NCBI GenBank assembly: GCA_049840955.1
Contig: JASGIX010000024.1
Span: 43,127-75,126, forward strand
Source: Polyangiaceae bacterium
GTDB taxonomy: Bacteria; Myxococcota_A; Polyangia; Polyangiales; Polyangiaceae
Reading direction: 5' to 3'
DNA: 32,000 nt
This document shows, piece after piece, positions 26,755 through 32,000 of the stretch; within the stretch, counting starts at the first letter, position 1, and every line of letters starts with the position of its first letter. Under the pieces are notes generated by a model. It was not told where the DNA came from. It did no database searches and was given only the letters and a program-made list of their open reading frames with translations. The translations under genes and the position numbers were made by a program.

Positions 26755-26955
26755 CCGTACCTGGTCTGCGCCGTACCTGGTCTGCGCCGTACCTGGTCTG
26801 CGCCGTACCTGGTCTGCGCCGTACCTGGTCTGCGCCGTATCTGGTCTGCGCCGTATCTGGTCTGCACCGTATCTGGTCTGCACCGTATCTGGTCTGCGCC
26901 GTGTCTGGTCTGCACCGTATCTGGTCTGCGCCGTATCTGGTCTTCACCGTACCTG
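26755..26955. repeat. 16-bp tandem direct repeat, 12 full copies plus a 9-nt partial copy
   Basis: Unit CCGTACCTGGTCTGCG. Copies 1-5 (26755-26834) are identical. Copies 6-12 carry TAC to TAT/TGT and GCG to GCA/TCA variants. A partial copy spans 26947-26955. The array lies in the divergent intergenic region between the lipoprotein gene (ATG 26658, minus) and the ABC exporter. Confidence 0.95.
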
Positions 26956-27161
26956 AGGACGTCCGACGGAACCGGTGGCAGAGTGTTCGCGTGTCCGGCA
27001 CGAGTGCCCCATCGAATCGTCTGCTGCCCAAATCAAGCCCCTTGCCCAAAACGTCGAAGCAGAGATTCGATAGCTTCCAACGAGAAGCGCAGGGCCGTGC
27101 CCGCGCGGCCTTGCGCCGCCTGCTGCCAACGCGCGTCGGTGACGAGGCACAAGCGCAGGAG

Positions 27162-29234
27162 GTGTCGACGCAGGTACCGAGGGAGGTGGCGAGCGGCGGC
27201 GACCGGACTCGAAGCGGGACGATATTCGCGTCCCTGGCTCGTCGCATTGCGAGGTACCGGCAGTGGCTCGCACCCGGCACGACGGATCTCGCGTTGGTCG
27301 CCACCCTCGGGATCCTCGGGATCGGCATCGACATGGTGTGGCCGCTCGTCTCCGCATGGCTCGTCGATCACGTGATTCTGGCGAAGGGGATGCCACAGCC
27401 CGTCAAGATCCGATGCCTCCTGCTCGGGGCCGCGCTGATGGCCGGGGTCTTTCTGTCCAACGCCGCACTCGGCTACTGGCGAAGCATCCGCCATCAGCTC
27501 CTCGTCTCGAAATTGCAGATCGGCCTCCGAACGAAGCTGTTCGCTCGGATGCTGCGGCTTCCCTTGCCCGATCTGCAAAACCTTCGCACCGGAGGCTTGC
27601 TCTCGCGACTCTCCGGGGACGTGGATCAAACCGCGACGCTGGTGCAACAGGGATTCCTGTCGCCCATCTTGGCCGTCATTCGCCTCCTTACCACGCTTAC
27701 GATCATCTTCTCCCTCGACGCGCGAATCGCAACCACCATTTTCGTCGGCATGCCACCCGTGCTCGTTCTCCAAGGCTTCTGGGCGAGGAAGATGCGCGGC
27801 GTTTGGCGCTCGATCGGGCAGGATCGACAAGAAATCGACGGGCGAGTAAACGAGGGACTGAGCGGGATCCGCGTCGTCCGAGGTTTCCGCAAGGAAGCCC
27901 GCGAAGAGGCGGCTCACATCGTCGGGCTCCACACCGTCGCCCGAAAGCAACTCCTCGCAACCCGCACGCAACGCATCTTGGGGACCATTTGGGATCTGGT
28001 GCTTCCGCTCACACAGGTGGCTATCGTGTGTTACGGTGGTTACCTTGTCGTGAAGGGCGAAACGACACTCGGAACCATGATCGCGTTCCAGGGCTATCTG
28101 TTTCGTCTGCTCGAACCCGTCTTGGCTCTCGCGAACACCGTCGCTGACACGCAACGCGGGCTCGCCGCGATGGACCGGGTCTTCGAGCTCCTCGAACGTC
28201 CCAACGAAAAACCCGATCCCGCGGAAGCGCGCGACGCGCCGCGAGAAATCCGGTCGATACGCTTCCGTCACGTCGGCTTCGCATACCGCCCCGACGTGCC
28301 AGTAATCCTCGACTTCGATCTCGAGGTCCCGGGAGGCAAGACCGTCGCGTTGGTCGGCCCGAGCGGAGCCGGAAAGACGACGATAACCGATCTCCTGGCA
28401 CGCTTCTTCGATCCGACCGAGGGATGCATCGAGCTCAATGGAATCCCGCTCACGGACTATCGACTCACCAGCTATCGCGGCCTCCTCGGCATCGTCTCCC
28501 AGGAGGTGTTCCTGTTCGACGGTACGATTCGCGAGAACATCGCTTACGCAAAACCGCGAGCGACCGACGCGGAGATCGAGCACGCGGCGCGCTCGGCCAA
28601 TGCCCATGAATTCATCTCGGTACTCCCAGAAGGCTACGACACGGTCGTCGGAGAGCGAGGCGTGCGCCTCTCTGGCGGGCAACGTCAACGCCTGAGCATT
28701 GCGCGGGCGCTCCTCGCCAACCCGCAGATCTTGATCTTGGACGAAGCCACGAGCAATCTCGACTCCGAGAGCGAAGTGCTCATCCAACGGGCGCTCCAAA
28801 CGCTGCTTTCCGCTCGCACCACTTTCGTCATCGCTCACCGCCTGAGCACCGTGAAGCGCGCCGATCTCATCTGCGTGCTCGAAAACGGCCGACTCGTCGA
28901 GCTCGGCGGACACGCGGAACTGATGGAGCGCGGAGGGCGTTACGCGCGAATGGTGGCCCATCAGCATCACGATCTCCGCACAGACGCTCCCGACTTCGGA
29001 CCCTCCCGCGACGTCGGATCCCTCCTGACTCTCACGTCACGGCGTTTCTTCGAGGGTGGAACGTCGTCGAGTCCCCGACTCAGGCCACTCGGCCAGGCAT
29101 CGTTCCAGTTCGAGCTGCCCCGAACTTACCGTCTGCGCCTGGTGCACATCGGACGTGGCTGCTATGGGGCGGGCCCAACGAAAACGCGGCCCGAGAGGGC
29201 CGTCCACCCAAGCCTCTCATGGAGACCCGGATGA
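27162..29234 (+). CDS. ABC transporter, fused permease/ATP-binding exporter (MsbA/ABCB-like)
   Basis: Taken from ORF 26700..29234. The TMD has six predicted helices (from LALVATLGILGIGIDMVWPL). NBD motifs: Walker A GPSGAGKTT, Q-loop, signature LSGGQRQR, Walker B ILILDEATS and the H-loop AHRLST. The start is uncertain (GTG 27162 or 27186, TTG 27111); the part of the ORF upstream is the 16-bp repeat. The last roughly 85 codons after ..GGRYARMVAHQ look non-protein-like. Confidence 0.85.
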   Translation: MSTQVPREVASGGDRTRSGTIFASLARRIARYRQWLAPGTTDLALVATLGILGIGIDMVWPLVSAWLVDHVILAKGMPQPVKIRCLLLGAALMAGVFLSNAALGYWRSIRHQLLVSKLQIGLRTKLFARMLRLPLPDLQNLRTGGLLSRLSGDVDQTATLVQQGFLSPILAVIRLLTTLTIIFSLDARIATTIFVGMPPVLVLQGFWARKMRGVWRSIGQDRQEIDGRVNEGLSGIRVVRGFRKEAREEAAHIVGLHTVARKQLLATRTQRILGTIWDLVLPLTQVAIVCYGGYLVVKGETTLGTMIAFQGYLFRLLEPVLALANTVADTQRGLAAMDRVFELLERPNEKPDPAEARDAPREIRSIRFRHVGFAYRPDVPVILDFDLEVPGGKTVALVGPSGAGKTTITDLLARFFDPTEGCIELNGIPLTDYRLTSYRGLLGIVSQEVFLFDGTIRENIAYAKPRATDAEIEHAARSANAHEFISVLPEGYDTVVGERGVRLSGGQRQRLSIARALLANPQILILDEATSNLDSESEVLIQRALQTLLSARTTFVIAHRLSTVKRADLICVLENGRLVELGGHAELMERGGRYARMVAHQHHDLRTDAPDFGPSRDVGSLLTLTSRRFFEGGTSSSPRLRPLGQASFQFELPRTYRLRLVHIGRGCYGAGPTKTRPERAVHPSLSWRPG

Positions 29235-30555
29235 CTCGCATCGTCTGCAAGTTCGGCGGCTCGAGTGTCGCCGACGCCAATCAGTTTCGCAAGGTCCGCG
29301 CCATCGTCGAGGAGAACCCGAAGCGAAGCATCGTGGTTCCTTCGGCACCGGGCAAGCGAGTCAAGACGGAAGCCAAGATCACGGATCTCCTCTACCTCTG
29401 CCACGACATGGCATCGATGGGAGGCACGGATTTCGAGCCCACCTTCGCGCTCGTCTACGGACGCTACCTCGAGATTGCCAAGATCTCGGCCTGTCCACCC
29501 GCATCGGCTTTGCGCTCGAGCAATTCAAGGCCGAGTTGAAGCAGAACGTCAGTCGAGATTTCGTCGCGTCCCGCGGCGAGCACTTCAACGGCCTGCTCAT
29601 GGCCGAGTACCTCGGGGCCGAGTTCGTGGACCCCGCGGACTACGTCGTCATCACCCATGCTGGCCTCGTCGCGCCGGAAACCTACGAGTTGCTGGGCAAG
29701 CGCATGGCGGATCCGTCGAAGCGCTACGTGATGCCCGGCTTCTATGGGCGCGATCAAAAGGGTCAGATCAAAACCTTCTCCCGCGGCGGGTCGGACATCT
29801 CCGGAGCAATTGCTGCCCGTGCCGTCCAAGCCGAGCTCTACGAGAACTGGTCGGACGTGTCGGGGCTTTTGATGGCCGATCCATCGGTGGTCAAGAATCC
29901 TCGCCCGATGTCCGAGGTGACTTACCGTGAAATCCGCGAGCTCTCGTACATGGGTGCGTCGGTATTCCACGACGAAGCCATCCTCCCGGTGCGCGAGGCG
30001 AAGATCCCGATCTGCATCAAGAACACCAACGATCCGAGCCACCCCGGAACCCGGATCGTCTCGGAGCTCGGCGCCCACGAGAACAAGACCACGGAAATCG
30101 CCGGCATCGCAGGCAAGAAGGGCTTCGCGATGCTGTGTGTCGAGAAGAGCCTGATGAACAAGGAGGTAGGCTTCGCCTACCGCCTGCTCGGCATCATGGA
30201 GTCGAAGCGGATCAACGTCGAGCACTGCCCGAGCAGCATCGACGGGATGAACGTCATCATCGACGGCAAATCCCTCGGCGACCGCGCGGACGAGCTCATC
30301 GAAGAGATCAAGAACGTCCTCAAACCGGACAGCGTGACCCTCGAAGAGCAGCTTGCGCTGATCGCCGTCGTCGGCGAAGGCATGAGCCACTCCGTGGGTA
30401 TTGCCGCCAAGGTCTTCGTGGCACTTCGCGATGCGAACGTGAACGTCCGCGTGATCAACCAAGGCGCATCGGAATTGAACATCATCGTCGGCGTCATGCC
30501 TCAAGACTTCGAGAAGGCCGTCTCGGCACTCTATGAAGCCTTCGTGCCTCGCTGA
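29231..30555 (+). CDS. lysC: Aspartate kinase (monofunctional, about 441 aa); apparent 1-nt deletion near 29481
   Basis: ATG at 29231 is preceded by GGAG with a 6-nt spacer. The N-terminus MTRIVCKFGGSSVADANQFRKVRAIVEENPKRSIVVPSAPGKR..ITDLLY is in ORF 29219..29539. The remainder is in ORF 29056..30555: DLGLS...PGFYG..GQIKTFSRGGSDISGA..ENWSDVSGLLMADP..., followed by two ACT domains. The junction reads GCCAAGATCTCGG, where GCCAAGGATCTCGG would restore the frame. Confidence 0.85.
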
Positions 30556-30729
30556 GCACGGCGCGGCGTCGATAGATCACTGGGAGTCGGCATGCGAGCC
30601 CGTCGCGCCACTTTGGACGCGGCGGTGCTCGCTCTCGGTCCCGAGTGAGGCACATCGACCGCCCTTCACGACGCGAAGGACGTTCGACGAGACGAATTCA
30701 CGGCCCAGTTCGAAGAGTGTGTCCCCAGA

Positions 30730-31428
30730 ATGACTGATCAGAATGCCCAAAAACGCCGCGCGGTGCGCGCCGCGATCGAATGGCTCCCCGAGTCGGGGGT
30801 CATCGGTCTCGGCACGGGCTCGACGGCAGAGCTCTTCATCGAGGAAGTTGCCGAGTTGGTTCGGCAAGGACGCAAGCTGACCGGTGTCCCCACGAGTCGC
30901 CGCAGCCAAGCCCTTGCCGAACGGCTCCAGATCCCGCTCTTGGACGATGGAGGCCCGTGGTCCATCGACGTGTGCGTCGATGGCGCCGACGAGGTGAGCG
31001 ATGATTTCGATCTCATCAAAGGCGGTGGCGCATGTCATCTTCGCGAAAAGATCGTGAACGCCTCGGCGAAGGTGAACATCATCGTGGTGGATCAATCGAA
31101 GGTGAGCCACCGCCTCGGAGAGCGCTGGGCGGTTCCTGTGGAGGTCGCGACGTTTGGTCACCTGGCGACGGCCAAGCACCTCTCCCGCTTCGGCACCGTC
31201 ACGCCGCGCTCGATGAGTGGCACCACTGACGCTCGGCTGGTCACGGATTCCGGCAACTACATCTACGACGTGAAAACGGGACCCATCAAAGATCCCGCGC
31301 AACTCGATACGGAACTCCGCGCGATCCCCGGTGTCGTCGAAACCGGACTCTTCGTCGGGCGAACCTCGCGACTCATCGTCGCGGGGCCCGACTTCATCCG
31401 TGAAGTCACGCGCACTGCAACGGACTGA
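30730..31428 (+). CDS. rpiA: Ribose-5-phosphate isomerase A
   Basis: 232-aa ORF with RpiA motifs: VIGLGTGSTAELFIEEV, DVCVDGADEV, LIKGGGACHLREKIV, PVEV and the C-terminal GVVETGLF. Confidence 0.92.
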   Translation: MTDQNAQKRRAVRAAIEWLPESGVIGLGTGSTAELFIEEVAELVRQGRKLTGVPTSRRSQALAERLQIPLLDDGGPWSIDVCVDGADEVSDDFDLIKGGGACHLREKIVNASAKVNIIVVDQSKVSHRLGERWAVPVEVATFGHLATAKHLSRFGTVTPRSMSGTTDARLVTDSGNYIYDVKTGPIKDPAQLDTELRAIPGVVETGLFVGRTSRLIVAGPDFIREVTRTATD

Positions 31429-31638
31429 TCGGGGCTAGGTGGCCTCCCGCGCATAGGCCGGAGGTTCAAAGCCACCCCTCGGCGCGGCGATCTTGCTTCG
31501 AACGAGCGGGAAAACGGACCCCAGTGCGCGAGGGCGGCAGCAAATTGCCGGGACCCTCGCGCGAGACGGGTTGCAGCAGGCGGTGGCCTCGCGCGAGAGT
31601 TGCTGCAGATGGCAGAACCCGGCGCTACCATCGTCGCC

Positions 31639-32000
31639 ATGCGAAAGGGACAGGGATCCGGACAGGGGCGTCGACGCGGGCTCGTGCTCGCTGGACTCGC
31701 GGGACTCGCCTTCACCGTCTACGTCGAGAGCGCCGCTGCGCAGCCCGCGAAGGCGACTCCGGCGGCGCCGGCAAGTCCGACCGTGCCAACCCGTGAGGCG
31801 GCAGCAACCGCACCCAAGTCTGCACCAGGCGCCACATCTTCAGGTGCTGCAGCGTCCGCACCACGCAGCCGTGAGCGAAACGCGATCGTCGAGATCCAGC
31901 TTCAGAACAAGACCGTCTCCTTGGGTTTCGTTCTCGACGGCGACGGTCGCATCCTCACGACGCTTTCGCCCCTTGGACGTGGCGTGGGTCTCAGGGCGCG
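31639..32000 (+). CDS. Secreted protein, N-terminal fragment (gene runs off the window end); possibly a trypsin-like/HtrA-family protease (weak)
   Basis: Absent from the ORF track because it has no stop in the window. My translation from ATG 31639 is MRKGQGSGQGRRRGLVLAGLAGLAFTVYVESAAAQ. This is a signal peptide, followed by an Ala/Pro/Thr linker and then NAIVEIQLQNKTVSLGFVLDGDGRILTTLSPLGRG. That last segment resembles the first strands of S1-family proteases. Confidence 0.45.
   Translation, partial: MRKGQGSGQGRRRGLVLAGLAGLAFTVYVESAAAQPAKATPAAPASPTVPTREAAATAPKSAPGATSSGAAASAPRSRERNAIVEIQLQNKTVSLGFVLDGDGRILTTLSPLGRGVGLRA

Noticed and set aside
26562-27396. ORFs crossing the 16-bp array (26562..26915 -, 26669..27334 -, 26267..26956 +, 26683..27375 +), and the N-terminal extensions of ORFs 25648..26883 and 26700..29234
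   Set aside because: They translate to periodic 16-aa repeats (RTWSAPYLVCAVPGLR or QTRYGADQVRRRPGTA) only because the unit lacks stop codons. The real genes have proper starts outside the array: the lipobox signal at 26658, and the ABC TMD beginning after 27160.
27033-28970. 645-aa ORF antisense to the ABC exporter. Similar long antisense ORFs are 5017..6207 (kinase), 29464..30504 (aspartate kinase), 20314..21081 (AKR) and 30577..31302 (rpiA).
   Set aside because: The explanation is the same codon-aligned shadow effect in a GC-rich genome. In every case the opposite strand carries a clearly recognisable conserved gene.
31431-31478. GC-rich imperfect hairpin after rpiA (GGTGGC...GCCACC, with inner GGCCT..AGGCC)
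   Set aside because: The two pairings are competing and overlap, and there is no U-tract. It may be a structure, but it is not supportable as a terminator.

Overview
High-GC (about 62%) bacterial chromosomal window. The gene content looks Myxococcota-like: a giant Ser/Thr kinase with AAA/TPR modules, a TIGR02266-type PilZ protein, many lipoproteins and a bacterial expansin. That taxonomic call is inference only. I can support about 22 protein-coding genes. Housekeeping genes are a UvrD/PcrA-type helicase, lhgO, glyQS, aspartate kinase, rpiA, an MsbA-like ABC exporter and a partial mlaE. They are interspersed with envelope or secreted proteins: several lipoproteins, Cys-rich proteins, an OMP beta-barrel, an expansin and a GPH-family sugar symporter. 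I saw no rRNA, tRNA, CRISPR array, transposase, integrase or phage gene. Four things are not explained by ordinary gene calls. (1) There are three unrelated intergenic direct-repeat arrays: 34 bp x 6.5 at 10650-10870, 16 bp x 12.5 at 26755-26955, and a 31-nt repeat with a 50-bp period at 12873-12997. (2) At least six genes have their reading frame broken by apparent 1-nt indels, including the normally essential aspartate kinase. This points to consensus indel errors rather than decay, but one lipoprotein gene (24428-26658) changes frame about five times. (3) A single in-frame TGA separates a lipoprotein ORF from a Cys-rich ORF that has no signal peptide. (4) Very long stop-free antisense ORFs are codon-aligned shadows, not genes. 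I could not identify a defined novel multi-gene system with confidence. The repeat arrays and the Cys-rich secreted cluster are the best candidates for follow-up.
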